Positions 16,990 to 27,112 of a stretch of 46,874 nucleotides of DNA are shown piece by piece. Both the position numbers and the translations under genes were made by a program. The number at the start of each line of letters is the position of its first letter. Within the stretch, counting starts at the first letter, position 1. Under the pieces are notes generated by a model. It saw only the letters and a list, made by a program, of their open reading frames with translations. It ran no database searches and was not told where the DNA came from. Source of the stretch: a virus; IMG/VR virus record IMGVR_UViG_3300035181_001974. One strand, 5' to 3'.

Positions 16990-17241
16990 ATGGATACCGA
17001 CAATCAGGTGCTTGCTAAGTGGAATGAGATCAAGGAAGTCATGTCGTCGATCGAGCTTGATGTGGCGAAGAACGCCCGCGGCACCGCAGCGGCCGGCGTG
17101 CGTGCCCGGAAGGGTCTGCGGACTCTGAAGATCAAGGCGACGGAGCTCGTCAAGCTGACGGTCGAACTCGACAAGGTCAAGAAGACTGAGAAGTCGGCAA
17201 AGGCCTCGAAGGCTCCCGGCAAGGCGCCCAAGAAGTCCTGA
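16990..17241 (+). CDS. histone H1-like nucleoid protein, Hc1 family
   Basis: VAKNARGTAAAGVRARKGLRTLKIKATELVK aligns with Chlamydia Hc1 KAEKGNKAAAQRVRTESIKLEKIAKVYRK. Lys/Ala-rich tail. Strong AGGAGG Shine-Dalgarno at 9 nt. Confidence 0.6.
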   Translation: MDTDNQVLAKWNEIKEVMSSIELDVAKNARGTAAAGVRARKGLRTLKIKATELVKLTVELDKVKKTEKSAKASKAPGKAPKKS

Positions 17242-17272
17242 TCATCAACTGCGCAGCAGTGTGTCAGAGGTT

Positions 17273-17303
17273 GCCCCGGTCATCGCCGGGGCATTCTCGT
17301 TTC
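17273..17303 (+). terminator. intrinsic terminator (GCCCCGG-tcatcg-CCGGGGC, then a T-rich tract)
   Basis: 7-bp GC stem followed by attctcgtttctg, directly after the Hc1-like gene. Confidence 0.6.
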
Positions 17304-17334
17304 TGAGGTTGTATTTAGCATCACAGGAGAAAAC

Positions 17335-17700
17335 ATGCCTTCACCTCGAGCAGTACTCGCCGACATCACTGACTTTAAGCTTGATCCAACGGTCGCACAC
17401 ACCACCATTCACGGGACTGGCCGTCTGGCTAAGCCCGCTGGTCATCAGCCTGTCGTCAAGGTCGAGGAACATAAGAAGCCGGAACCAAAGCCTGAACCGA
17501 AGAAGGTCGAAGCAGCAACGCCTTCGCCTCCACCACTGCCCGCCCCTGAACCGCCCAAGGCGGTCGAGGTAAAGGCGCCGGTTGAAGAGACAAAGGCGGC
17601 TGTTGTCGAAGAAAAGACCGTCGAGAAGGTCGCGGAACATGCCGAGACCGAAGAGACGGCCAAGAAGCGCGGTGGCAAGAAGGCTGCGGAAAAGGCCTAA
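17335..17700 (+). CDS. Pro/Glu/Lys-rich low-complexity basic protein
   Basis: AGGAGA Shine-Dalgarno at 5 nt. PEPKPEPKK repeats and a KKRGGKKAAEKA tail. Confidence 0.55.
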   Translation: MPSPRAVLADITDFKLDPTVAHTTIHGTGRLAKPAGHQPVVKVEEHKKPEPKPEPKKVEAATPSPPPLPAPEPPKAVEVKAPVEETKAAVVEEKTVEKVAEHAETEETAKKRGGKKAAEKA

Positions 17701-17975
17701 CGGCTGGCTCGGCGGATTTTCTCGTAGATTCCCTTTTCAATCTGACAAATCCTCATCCTTGTCAGGCCGTAGATCTTTCCGATCTCTTGCAATGTATGAG
17801 GACCTTCAGACGCTGCGATCATGACACAATTGTGACCATCAGGATATGAGATCCAGTGCGGACACCGCTTCCGTTGACAATCAATGTCGTGTCTTGAGAG
17901 TACTGAAAAACACGTGGCGCCTTCGACGATGGTTCCTTCTTGGACAACGTTGAGGCGCCTCTTTCCATTCTGCAT
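17697..17975 (-). CDS. sigma-70 region 4-like HTH regulator with an N-terminal Cys/His-rich module (92 aa; the track ORF's N-terminal 75 aa are rejected)
   Basis: HTLQEIGKIYGLTRMRICQIEKGIYEKIRR resembles sigma-70 region 4.2 (TLEEVG..GVTRERIRQIE..ALRKLR). AGGAG lies 10 nt upstream of the ATG at 17975. A longer start would overlap the PhoH 5' end. Confidence 0.55.
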   Translation of the reverse strand: MQNGKRRLNVVQEGTIVEGATCFSVLSRHDIDCQRKRCPHWISYPDGHNCVMIAASEGPHTLQEIGKIYGLTRMRICQIEKGIYEKIRRASR

Positions 17976-18008
17976 CACCACATATCTCCTCTTGTGGTAT
18001 ACAGTAAC

Positions 18009-18024
18009 GTGAGGAGGCATTCTT
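18009..18024. promoter_or_regulatory. perfect 16-bp palindrome ATTCTTGTACAAGAAT in the divergent promoter region
   Basis: Read directly. It is its own reverse complement and lies between the sigma-like regulator (minus) and PIN-PhoH (plus). Confidence 0.6.
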
Positions 18025-18103
18025 GTACAAGAATCCGATCCGATCGTACTACTGAGGTAGTGGTAACGGTGACGACAGGAAGAGAGCCCCGGAGATACAC
18101 ACT

Positions 18104-19489
18104 GTGAGTAAAAAGAAGACGTACGTTCTTGACACCAATGTCTTGCTGAGCGACCCCAACTCGATCTTTTCGTTTGAGGAAAATGACGTGGTCGTTCCAA
18201 TGGTGGTTCTCGAGGAACTCGATCACCACAAGAGCAGGCAGGACGAGGTCGGCAGGAATGCCCGTACCGTCAGTAGGTCGCTTGACGACATGCGAGTGAA
18301 AGGCAGCCTCTTTGAGGGAGTGACTCTCGCACAGGGTGGCAAGCTTCGTGTGGCAACGATCCAGGCTGACAAGGCTAAGGATCTGCCGTTCGAGCTGCGC
18401 TCGCCGAATCCTAAGGTCGACAACATGATCATCGCCTTCATGATGCAGTTCAAGAACAGCGATGAGGACGCGGCGATCCTGGTGTCGAAGGACATCAATG
18501 TTCGTCTGAAGTGCGATTCGTTGAACATTCGCTGCGAGGATTACCTCAAGATGCGGGTGACGAACGATCCCAAGCAGTTCTATCGCGGCGTCGACGTGAT
18601 CGAGGTCCCGGAGACCTTGGTCGACAAGTTCTACATGGAAGGTAACCTCGAGCTTCCTCTTGAAGTCAAGGCTGAACATCGCCTCTACCCGAACCAGATC
18701 GTCATCATCAAGAACACTCAGGACGGCAAGACGACAAAGTCTGCCATCACCAAGTGCATCTCTCATGATAAGCCACTAATCCCTGTTGCAAAGATCGACC
18801 AGGCGTTCAAGCTGAAGCCTCGTAACAAGGAGCAGAGCTTCTCGTTGGACCTACTGTTCGATGAGAACATCAAGTTGTTGACGTTGGTCGGACCCTCGGG
18901 CACCGGCAAGACGTTGCTGGCAATTGCGGCTGCCCTCGAACAGTTGAAGGGTGTCGGCGACCCGAGCAAGGCGAAGTATGAAAAGTTGATTGTCACCCGT
19001 CCAGTCCAACCGTTGGGCCATGACATCGGCTTCTTGCCGGGCACCCTAGAAGAAAAGATGGAACCGTGGATTGCTCCAATCCGCGATAATCTCAATTTCT
19101 TGATGGGTTCACGGAAGTCATCGAGGGGCCGCAAGGGGTCTGACCGGGAGGAGTACTATCTGTCGCTAATGCAGGACAGAGGCCTCATCGAGATCGAGGC
19201 GATCACGTTCATTCGTGGTCGATCAATTCCGAATGCCTTCATCATCATCGACGAGGCACAGAACCTGTCGATGCATGAGTTGAAAACCATCATCACTCGT
19301 GTTGGCGACGGGACCAAGATCGTCCTGACGGGCGACATTGAACAGATCGACAATGTTCATGTTGACGCGTATTCCAATGGCCTGACGTACGCCGTCGAGC
19401 GTTTCAAGGAGTACCCGATTGCAGGTCACGTGACGATGTTGAAGGGCGAGCGCAGCGAATTGGCGACACTCGCTTCCAAGATCCTCTGA
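18104..19489 (+). CDS. phoH: PIN-domain/PhoH-like ATPase fusion (YlaK-type)
   Basis: N-terminal YVLDTNVLL...VVLEELD (PIN acidic residues). Walker A LVGPSGTGKTLLA, Walker B IIIDEAQN. GTG start with GGAGAT Shine-Dalgarno. Confidence 0.8.
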   Translation: MSKKKTYVLDTNVLLSDPNSIFSFEENDVVVPMVVLEELDHHKSRQDEVGRNARTVSRSLDDMRVKGSLFEGVTLAQGGKLRVATIQADKAKDLPFELRSPNPKVDNMIIAFMMQFKNSDEDAAILVSKDINVRLKCDSLNIRCEDYLKMRVTNDPKQFYRGVDVIEVPETLVDKFYMEGNLELPLEVKAEHRLYPNQIVIIKNTQDGKTTKSAITKCISHDKPLIPVAKIDQAFKLKPRNKEQSFSLDLLFDENIKLLTLVGPSGTGKTLLAIAAALEQLKGVGDPSKAKYEKLIVTRPVQPLGHDIGFLPGTLEEKMEPWIAPIRDNLNFLMGSRKSSRGRKGSDREEYYLSLMQDRGLIEIEAITFIRGRSIPNAFIIIDEAQNLSMHELKTIITRVGDGTKIVLTGDIEQIDNVHVDAYSNGLTYAVERFKEYPIAGHVTMLKGERSELATLASKIL

Positions 19490-19498
19490 GATCTTCTG

Positions 19499-20617
19499 AT
19501 GATCGGGCCGGGAAACCGGCCCGACTCGCATGTCCGGTGGCCGCTGATTCACGGCTGCCGTATATTTGCTGTTGACATGGCGGGAATACTCGACAGCAAG
19601 ACACGCATTCTCGATACCATCGTAACGTTGGAAGGCCGCAAGCAACTGGCCAATGGTGGCATCAACATCAAGTACGTGTCTTTCACGGACGGCGCGACGT
19701 TCTACGCCGCCGACCTGGTCTCGGGTTCAACTGATGCGACAGCCAGGCTTTACCTCGAATCGTGTCACCTGCCACAGGATCAGGTGACCTTTCAGGCCGA
19801 CGATTTGGGTCGAGTGCTGCCATTTGATGCCTCGGGTGATCAGGTCGTCAGGTCCGGTCAGATCATTGACTACTCATTTGTTGCACCCTCAACGTTGACA
19901 TTGACGGGCTCGGCGCTGCAAGGAACTACCTTGCGTGGAGACGTCATGAACGAAGCGGCCCATGGGATCCTGACGGGTGCCATCGACAACTTCGCTAAAC
20001 AGATGTTGATCGGTTCTAGGGATCCGATCTTTGACGATGAGGGCTTTGCACTCGGAAACAATGAGATCGAGTTCGTCATTCACAATGACAGGCCCATTCC
20101 GGCGCAATCGGGTTACTCAACTAACATCAATCACCTCGAAGATGTGTTTGCTGATCCTCGGTTGAGTCATCTGCCGAACTTCAAGTTCCTGCCGCCGATC
20201 AACAAGGTTGAACATGATAACGTTGACAAGTCTGATCACCGCGTCGTCAAAGCATTTGCATTGGGCGACTATCACCCCTGGGGCCGGTCACATGTGTTCA
20301 AGTTCAATCACGTTGACCTGCACCGTGAGCTGATGCATTTCGGCTCGATGGGCTATTCCAAAAAGATCAACATTGATCCAACATCTCGGGCCAACAACCT
20401 GTTCATCCAGGCATTTGAGGTGACCAATGACACGATGTTCAAGCTGGACATCATTGATTTTGGTACCTGGAACACGCCAATGGTGAAAAATTCCGCGTTG
20501 ACAGATCCGAATGACCCAGGACCAGTGTGTCAGATCTTCTTCGTTGGCAAGCTGGTGACCAAGCCGGACACTCAAACGCACGCCTTTGTTCACCTGTTTA
20601 CGTTGTTCTTCGGATGA
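19499..20617 (+). CDS. hypothetical virion structural protein (alternative start at ATG 19577)
   Basis: Long ORF at the head of the co-directional structural block. No motif recognised. Confidence 0.4.
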   Translation: MIGPGNRPDSHVRWPLIHGCRIFAVDMAGILDSKTRILDTIVTLEGRKQLANGGINIKYVSFTDGATFYAADLVSGSTDATARLYLESCHLPQDQVTFQADDLGRVLPFDASGDQVVRSGQIIDYSFVAPSTLTLTGSALQGTTLRGDVMNEAAHGILTGAIDNFAKQMLIGSRDPIFDDEGFALGNNEIEFVIHNDRPIPAQSGYSTNINHLEDVFADPRLSHLPNFKFLPPINKVEHDNVDKSDHRVVKAFALGDYHPWGRSHVFKFNHVDLHRELMHFGSMGYSKKINIDPTSRANNLFIQAFEVTNDTMFKLDIIDFGTWNTPMVKNSALTDPNDPGPVCQIFFVGKLVTKPDTQTHAFVHLFTLFFG

Positions 20618-20621
20618 TCAC

Positions 20622-23081
20622 ATGTACTATCGAGTAAACCGACGCTACAACGTTCTGCAGGTCTCCGATGCGTATGCAACGCTGAAGGACATTCTTCAGG
20701 ACGGCACACTAGACTTTGAATTTCGCTACACAGCGGCGCAGAGCGACCTGGTGAAGCAGGGAACCGTGACCGTCAACGTCAGCGTCTTCACCAAGACAGT
20801 CAAGAAGCGGCCCATTGTCGGCCGAGGACGTCTCGGTAAGATCGACGCCAAAGAAGTGATTCAGAACGTCATCACCGACATGCCCGCCGCCAAGAGCGCC
20901 ATCAAGAGCCGCGAGGACCACGTTCTGGTTTCCAAGAAGAGCGACGCATCGTCGAAGGTCGACAACGAGGCGGTCCCGCTGTTCCTCAGGGGAACGCGAC
21001 CGGCAGCAATTCAGGCGCTGCACGAGGCATACGTCAAGGCGGTCCCAGCAGGAGAACTCATCAGCGCCAACGACAAGAAGCCCATCATTGACGTCACTAA
21101 GCTACAGGTCAACGACATTCACGGTGTGGTCTCTTCGTCGGTCAGCGAAGACACGCAACGCCTGGCTCACCGCTTGATTCTGCAACGTGGGATCGACCCA
21201 TCGGCTGTTTCTGAACTGCCATCTTCCAACATCTACTCGCAGCGAGCCTTTCAAGGAACCAACGAACCAATCCAACGCTATGAACCCGAGCATGGAACAT
21301 TGGCACGGTTGCGCAACCAGTTGACGATTCACCCGGGCCTGCTAGATCCCGTCAAGACGATTGACCAGGTCGAAGAAAATCGTCTCGTCAACATCGTGAC
21401 AACTGAACCCGTCGACAACGTTGAGGTGCCCGTCCGCGTCAAGTTCAAGCCGCCGTCTAAGAAGGTGGGCTCGAGGGACTCATCCGACGTGTTCGTTAAG
21501 TTTGAACTGTTGGATACCACGACCAACCATGCCATCGACACTGTCACGCGGACGCTCGATGTTCCGACGCACGTCCGCATCTTCAAGGTCCCGTTCCTAC
21601 AGCCCAACGTTCAACGCGTCAGGTCAGACATTTCGTCAAGAGCTAACCTAGAGATCGTGCAGGTAGACCCTCGTGCGAACGAGGTTCACATCTTTAAGAA
21701 GTCGATCAACACCGCAGTGGTCAATGACGATGACTACGTCTTGATCGACGTGCAGCAACTGAGCTCAGGTCACAAGACGATTGTTCAGGTTGATTCTCCA
21801 ACGTATGATGCTGCAATCTACCGTGTGGTCCCAGCATACTCGGGCATCGTCGGCTTCACGTACACCAACGTCGTCATTCCTCCCAAGAAGTACCGCCCTG
21901 TCAGGGCATTGGCATTGACCACGTCGATCATTGAGAATGGAGTCTCAGTCGAGGCTCGACGCATTCCACCTGACGTAATCGCGCTGCAATTCCTACAGCG
22001 CAACAAGACGACATTTGAGGATGAATTTTCTCCCATCTCTGACCCACAGTTGATCGACGATGCCGTCAGGCAGGCAGACCACGTTGCAGTCGTCACTCAG
22101 AATGTGCTTGACAACAACGTCTATGAGTTTGCGGCCAAAATGTTCTTCCGCAGCGGCACGCAGGAAACAATCACTGGAGAACTTTTGGAGTACATTCTAG
22201 CCACGCCAGGCAAGGTCGACATCAAGGTCAGCGGTATCAACGTTTCTCACGATACTGAACCCAACGTGACGTTTAGCGTGTCTCTTGACATCGTCGATTC
22301 AAACATTGACGCCGTCAAGGCCTTGCTGGAGCAACAGGGCATCAAGTCGTACTTTGATGGAGACATTGCGAAGCAACGTGATGAGCTCAAGGCTCTGCTC
22401 GCCTACTCGATCCACAGGATCAATTTGATGACGGGCGAACGGGAGGACCTAGGCGTCATCACGCAGCCTGACTTTGATGATTCTGAGGTGCGTAAGAAGT
22501 TTGCCACACAGTCGTTGCAATACGGCCACAAGTATCGCTACGTCATCACCGCGGTCGCTCGAAGCGCTGAGACGGTGCTCGAGAAGCTTGAGAAGAATGC
22601 AGTTGATACAGTGACGAAGAAGCCATACAGCTTCATGCCGTCCAAATTTCTGCATCCACTGACACTGCGGCGCGGGATCATTGTTTCACCTGCGGGTTTG
22701 AAAACAAAGTACTCGAAGACCACGTTCGAACACGGCGTCTTGGGGTCAACGACTATCGTCGACGTCTCTCTCGATGAGACAGAGCCCAGGATCATCGACG
22801 GATCTGTCGTCAGATTCAACAAAGAACTAGCAATTGTCAACTGGCGGGTCGAGGGACCCATGGAGATGATCGATCACTTCATCATCATGAAGGAAGTTCA
22901 CGGTCTTCGGACTGTGCTTGGGACGGCGCACACCACCTTTCAAGGAGGCGTATGCCAGTGGCTGCACAAATTGTCTTCTCACGATCGTGGAGAGTTCAAC
23001 TACGTGATCGTGCCCATGTTGAGCACGTACAAGTACGGTTCGTCGATTACTACCAACTCGCTACTTGTTGAGGATACATGA
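20622..23081 (+). CDS. large virion structural protein (819 aa from the ATG; the track's TTG start at 20586 overlaps the upstream gene)
   Basis: GGATGA lies 4 nt upstream of ATG 20622, and the previous stop is at 20617. Confidence 0.5.
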   Translation: MYYRVNRRYNVLQVSDAYATLKDILQDGTLDFEFRYTAAQSDLVKQGTVTVNVSVFTKTVKKRPIVGRGRLGKIDAKEVIQNVITDMPAAKSAIKSREDHVLVSKKSDASSKVDNEAVPLFLRGTRPAAIQALHEAYVKAVPAGELISANDKKPIIDVTKLQVNDIHGVVSSSVSEDTQRLAHRLILQRGIDPSAVSELPSSNIYSQRAFQGTNEPIQRYEPEHGTLARLRNQLTIHPGLLDPVKTIDQVEENRLVNIVTTEPVDNVEVPVRVKFKPPSKKVGSRDSSDVFVKFELLDTTTNHAIDTVTRTLDVPTHVRIFKVPFLQPNVQRVRSDISSRANLEIVQVDPRANEVHIFKKSINTAVVNDDDYVLIDVQQLSSGHKTIVQVDSPTYDAAIYRVVPAYSGIVGFTYTNVVIPPKKYRPVRALALTTSIIENGVSVEARRIPPDVIALQFLQRNKTTFEDEFSPISDPQLIDDAVRQADHVAVVTQNVLDNNVYEFAAKMFFRSGTQETITGELLEYILATPGKVDIKVSGINVSHDTEPNVTFSVSLDIVDSNIDAVKALLEQQGIKSYFDGDIAKQRDELKALLAYSIHRINLMTGEREDLGVITQPDFDDSEVRKKFATQSLQYGHKYRYVITAVARSAETVLEKLEKNAVDTVTKKPYSFMPSKFLHPLTLRRGIIVSPAGLKTKYSKTTFEHGVLGSTTIVDVSLDETEPRIIDGSVVRFNKELAIVNWRVEGPMEMIDHFIIMKEVHGLRTVLGTAHTTFQGGVCQWLHKLSSHDRGEFNYVIVPMLSTYKYGSSITTNSLLVEDT

Positions 23082-26000
23082 TCAAGACTTTTAAGGTAGC
23101 GAATGACACGGCGATCAAGACGGGATTGGTTCAAATTCAGCCCGCTCAGCCCGCTCGTGCCAACAGCAATAGCGGCACGTCGACCAACAACACGAAGCCG
23201 CCTCCGAATCAAGTTCCTCTTGCCGGCGTCTCAGCGGTCATTGCTGCGCCCGCGGCCTCGAGTCAGACCACGTCGCTCAAGTCAATCGTCAACCCGACGC
23301 TATCATCGTTGGCCAGCTCGATCACAGCTAAGAACTTTATTCTGCCCACCATCGGCGGCGGAGCATCAAAGCTTATCCCAAGTTTTCACATCGATATTGA
23401 CCCGTCCGTGGTCCTGCCATCCTCGTCAGACGCTCTGGCGGTGACGACCAAGAAGTTCGAGCCTTACGAGCTGCAGACAGGCATTTCACAGGAACGGCCC
23501 GAGGTCGTCATGATGACGAACTTCCTGCCGCTTTACAAAAAGACGATCTCGACTGCCAACAACAGCATCTTGCGGTACACGTTGGCCGGCCAGCGTCCGC
23601 AGACTACAGACGCTGGAGAGTTCTTCAATACGCAAGTTGACGTTCGTAGCCTCCGCGTGCATCAGGTCAAACATTTGTTGACTCAGGTCAAGCGTCGTTA
23701 CATGTACCTACGTGCGCAGACCGCTGATCGATCTTCGGCAATGTCACAGGCTTTGAGTGAACTCGAGTCGCTTTCTCTGTACCTCTGGACAGTCATGCGG
23801 ACGCTAGAGAAGTTGAAGCAACAACTAGATCTCCGTGATGACGTTCACATTGTCGATCCACACGAGACGTTGAGGCTTCATCTCAGCACCTTTAGTTCAG
23901 TACGAGCCTTGAGCCTATTGAACTTCTTGACCCCAGCACTGACAACATACTTCCCGCCACAGTATGATGTGCCTCATGCTCTGACATTGTACGGCTACAC
24001 TGAGGAAAACGCTAAGCACACGTATACCTCGAGCAAACTGTGGATGCAGTTGATGCTGGAGTACAAGCACGTCCTGCAGACGCACTCCTTGAACATGCTG
24101 GACATCGATCCTGCACCGCAGCGGAATGATTCATCACCCGTTGCTATCACTCAGACGCCGTCAATCAAGCGCTTCGACTACACCGCGGTCCTCCCAACGC
24201 TGCCAAGCCTCGACTCAATCACGCAGATGCAGCCGCCGCAGATCCCGCAGTACGTCAACTCTCTAATTTCGAGCTACAACACAATTTATCAAGGCGTGTC
24301 GTTCAAGCACCGTGAGATGCAACTGGCATGCTTGATCAATGCCCTGTCGCGGGAGCACAGGTATTCTTTGGGTCTGTCGAAGCCCGAGGTTCAGAAATCA
24401 TTGCAGAGCTACTACGGTTATCAGGTCAGCCCGCAAGGCAATCTGCAGATGTTCGATCGGGTGGTCGGACAGTTTGGTAGCAACATCACAGACTTTCCGG
24501 CACTTCAGTCCAAGACGCTAGCCTCTCTTGCGCAGCAACAAGTTGCACAAAATGTGGCGGTGTTGCCTTTTGAGTCGCGGTACGTGGAAGGTGACACCGG
24601 CACGTTGACCCCGGGCAGCAGCTACTATGTCGATTCTGTATTGCTTACACATGGGAATCGCTATGATGTGACTAGGTTGATTGAGTTTCGTGATGTACTG
24701 CAGAACGCACTGACGAACTTCAATGTCATCGTCGACGGTCTTGATCTACTGCAGTCTGAGTACGTCGATCAGTACTCCAACAGCGCAGGCAAGTTTGCGT
24801 CGCTGATCGCAAATCCTCGTTCGTTGTTTGATGAGATTCGCGCTGAGATGATGACGTCGGATGCGGTGGGCTTGACGCCTGAAATCGCAAATGATCCACT
24901 GCTACCATTGTTTACAGTCGCTCAGTCAGACACTCGACTACGTTCACTGCTGTTGCTCTACGTGGTCACCAAGATGTCGAAAGCTTACCTTCACAACGTA
25001 GAGTTCTTCGATGCGGCGCTTGATCAGGACAACACTCCCACATCTGATGCCTTGGTCGATCTGATCGTGAAGCAGCTCATCTCTGCAACCAAGCAGACGT
25101 CTACGACCTTGTTGGGAACAACGAATCAGAGCCACGCCGCCCGCAAGCCCACGTCGGGAAAGGATCAGCGTACTGTCAACATTGAGACCGTCAGGACTGC
25201 GTTGAAGACGGGCAGTGGCCACTTCTTGGCTGCCGTGATCTCGATGATGGGTCGCCTGTTGGCAACGTTCAAGAGGAACAATGCAGTCTTCAATGGTTCG
25301 GTCACGAGGTACGGCGGTCACCCTGATACCGTCATCTTTATGTCGATCGTTGACATCTTCACGTCATTCATCGACCTCTATGGCGATCGTCACGTGGTGG
25401 GTCAGCACATTGACCAAGGCCAGACGCAATTGATCATTGATGCACGTCACGTGAGTCACACGAACTCAGTCCTGGAGGTCGATCAACGCTTGGGTCGCGA
25501 GATCATGTTGTCAGAGACGTGCAGCTTCACCGTCATGAATAGCTTGACGAAGTTGATTAATTCTGTTAACAATGTCATCAACTATCTGAACGGTCCTGAG
25601 TCGCTGGCGGAATTGCAGAAGGTCACTGGGCTACTTAGTGACCCCAGCATGTTGCATATGTTGCTGAGCGAGCAACAGATCAGGTTGCTGTCGAGTAACG
25701 TTGCTGACCTTAGGTCTGCGTTGGCGGGTCACTCGAGGACGGGCAACGAACCTGGCGACATCAACGGTGACGGTGAATTTGACTCAGACGATGAATTGAT
25801 CGCCCTCGATGATGCTGAGATCACTCCCAAGATCAGACGGGCGATCGACGACATGTTGTCGACTGATGAGTTCACGCAGGCATCAGCAGCCTCGAGAAAG
25901 ATCTTGACTGTCGGAATCCCACTAGGCTTCTCCAGACACCTGCAGCAGAAGGTCGACATCAAGAAGTTGAAGAAGACCTCGTTTGATGTCCGCCAGAACG

Positions 26001-27112
26001 ACGTGGTGAATATCGCCGTCTACAAGGTCGACATGCAGAATCCCGACATTGTCTATAAACCGCAGCGGTTCATGTTTGAGCTGTCACGGTTTCCTGTCAG
26101 GAATGATGTCTATGTCAAAGACAGTCCGGGAGTGTCCAAGTTCGACATTGTCTCAAGATTCCCGACACGAGACGCCAGCCAGGCATTTTCATCGGGCGGC
26201 AGTGTGCAGTACATTCGTAGTTCTGACAACGAGGTTGAGGCGTTGGACGGCGAAGACTATGACTTCTTGACGCGCCAAGAGAAGGATCAACTCTACGTCA
26301 ATCACGTGTTCAGTTATTTGTTGGAGGTTTACCTGCGGACAATGACTGGCATTTCGACCGCTGATTATCACTTCGACATGGTCGATCCACCGCCGCAGGT
26401 GGAGTCCGACTTCGTCAACCTGTTGCTCAACCACTACGTCAATCACGTTTCAGCGATCAAACAACAGGGACTCGATGGAATCAACCGCAGTGGAATCTTT
26501 TTCGGCTCGACCCAGGGTGCATCGAAGGGTTCTGCCAAAGGCGGGTTCGTGTCTCGGGCTGCGGGAGGAGGCACACAGAGGTACCTAGCAAATTCTGCGG
26601 GAATTGCCGGGCTGTCTACTACTGTCGCATTGTCAGGATTTTCTGACTTGACGCCCAACGTGAGGTCATCTGAAAACACGTTGTTGTCGTCGACAGACAC
26701 GGTGCTGGCGGGCCTGCCGGAGTCTGACGCTCCGCTGCTGGTGAACTCTTTCGGTGTTCTGAATGAGTTTTCGCGGATGACCACGCCTCTTGCAGACCCT
26801 CTGGCAATTTCGCAGCGCATCATCAATCCGAAACAGTTCGATCGAGTGTTCAACCTCTTGGTCGATCCTTATTCGTTCGAGATTGACGTGTCAAAGACGC
26901 AGGCCACACCCCATGGGAAGCAGGCGCTGGAACTGATGATCAAGCAAGGCGAAATTGAGCCCACGGCTTCTATGACTAGTCTCAGGTTGGGAAACGCCAG
27001 CCTCAGACCGGAACTGACGTATGTCCAGCGGCGCCGCGATAACGCAGAGGGCGACTTGATCTTCGAGAAGTACATTGTCTCTGTCGAGACAGTTGGAGAG
27101 GACCAGGCCTGA
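23078..27112 (+). CDS. very large virion structural protein (1344 aa; candidate baseplate/tail or tape-measure-like component)
   Basis: ATGA coupling with GAGGA Shine-Dalgarno. Ser/Thr/Ala-rich N-terminus. Confidence 0.5.
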   Translation: MIKTFKVANDTAIKTGLVQIQPAQPARANSNSGTSTNNTKPPPNQVPLAGVSAVIAAPAASSQTTSLKSIVNPTLSSLASSITAKNFILPTIGGGASKLIPSFHIDIDPSVVLPSSSDALAVTTKKFEPYELQTGISQERPEVVMMTNFLPLYKKTISTANNSILRYTLAGQRPQTTDAGEFFNTQVDVRSLRVHQVKHLLTQVKRRYMYLRAQTADRSSAMSQALSELESLSLYLWTVMRTLEKLKQQLDLRDDVHIVDPHETLRLHLSTFSSVRALSLLNFLTPALTTYFPPQYDVPHALTLYGYTEENAKHTYTSSKLWMQLMLEYKHVLQTHSLNMLDIDPAPQRNDSSPVAITQTPSIKRFDYTAVLPTLPSLDSITQMQPPQIPQYVNSLISSYNTIYQGVSFKHREMQLACLINALSREHRYSLGLSKPEVQKSLQSYYGYQVSPQGNLQMFDRVVGQFGSNITDFPALQSKTLASLAQQQVAQNVAVLPFESRYVEGDTGTLTPGSSYYVDSVLLTHGNRYDVTRLIEFRDVLQNALTNFNVIVDGLDLLQSEYVDQYSNSAGKFASLIANPRSLFDEIRAEMMTSDAVGLTPEIANDPLLPLFTVAQSDTRLRSLLLLYVVTKMSKAYLHNVEFFDAALDQDNTPTSDALVDLIVKQLISATKQTSTTLLGTTNQSHAARKPTSGKDQRTVNIETVRTALKTGSGHFLAAVISMMGRLLATFKRNNAVFNGSVTRYGGHPDTVIFMSIVDIFTSFIDLYGDRHVVGQHIDQGQTQLIIDARHVSHTNSVLEVDQRLGREIMLSETCSFTVMNSLTKLINSVNNVINYLNGPESLAELQKVTGLLSDPSMLHMLLSEQQIRLLSSNVADLRSALAGHSRTGNEPGDINGDGEFDSDDELIALDDAEITPKIRRAIDDMLSTDEFTQASAASRKILTVGIPLGFSRHLQQKVDIKKLKKTSFDVRQNDVVNIAVYKVDMQNPDIVYKPQRFMFELSRFPVRNDVYVKDSPGVSKFDIVSRFPTRDASQAFSSGGSVQYIRSSDNEVEALDGEDYDFLTRQEKDQLYVNHVFSYLLEVYLRTMTGISTADYHFDMVDPPPQVESDFVNLLLNHYVNHVSAIKQQGLDGINRSGIFFGSTQGASKGSAKGGFVSRAAGGGTQRYLANSAGIAGLSTTVALSGFSDLTPNVRSSENTLLSSTDTVLAGLPESDAPLLVNSFGVLNEFSRMTTPLADPLAISQRIINPKQFDRVFNLLVDPYSFEIDVSKTQATPHGKQALELMIKQGEIEPTASMTSLRLGNASLRPELTYVQRRRDNAEGDLIFEKYIVSVETVGEDQA

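Noticed and set aside
17976-18200. N-terminal 75 aa of track ORF 17697..18200 (MERPRHFPQTKRSS...).
   Set aside because: Low-complexity. It would run through the divergent promoter and overlap the phoH start. An AGGAG-ATG start at 17975 gives a compact 92-aa protein.
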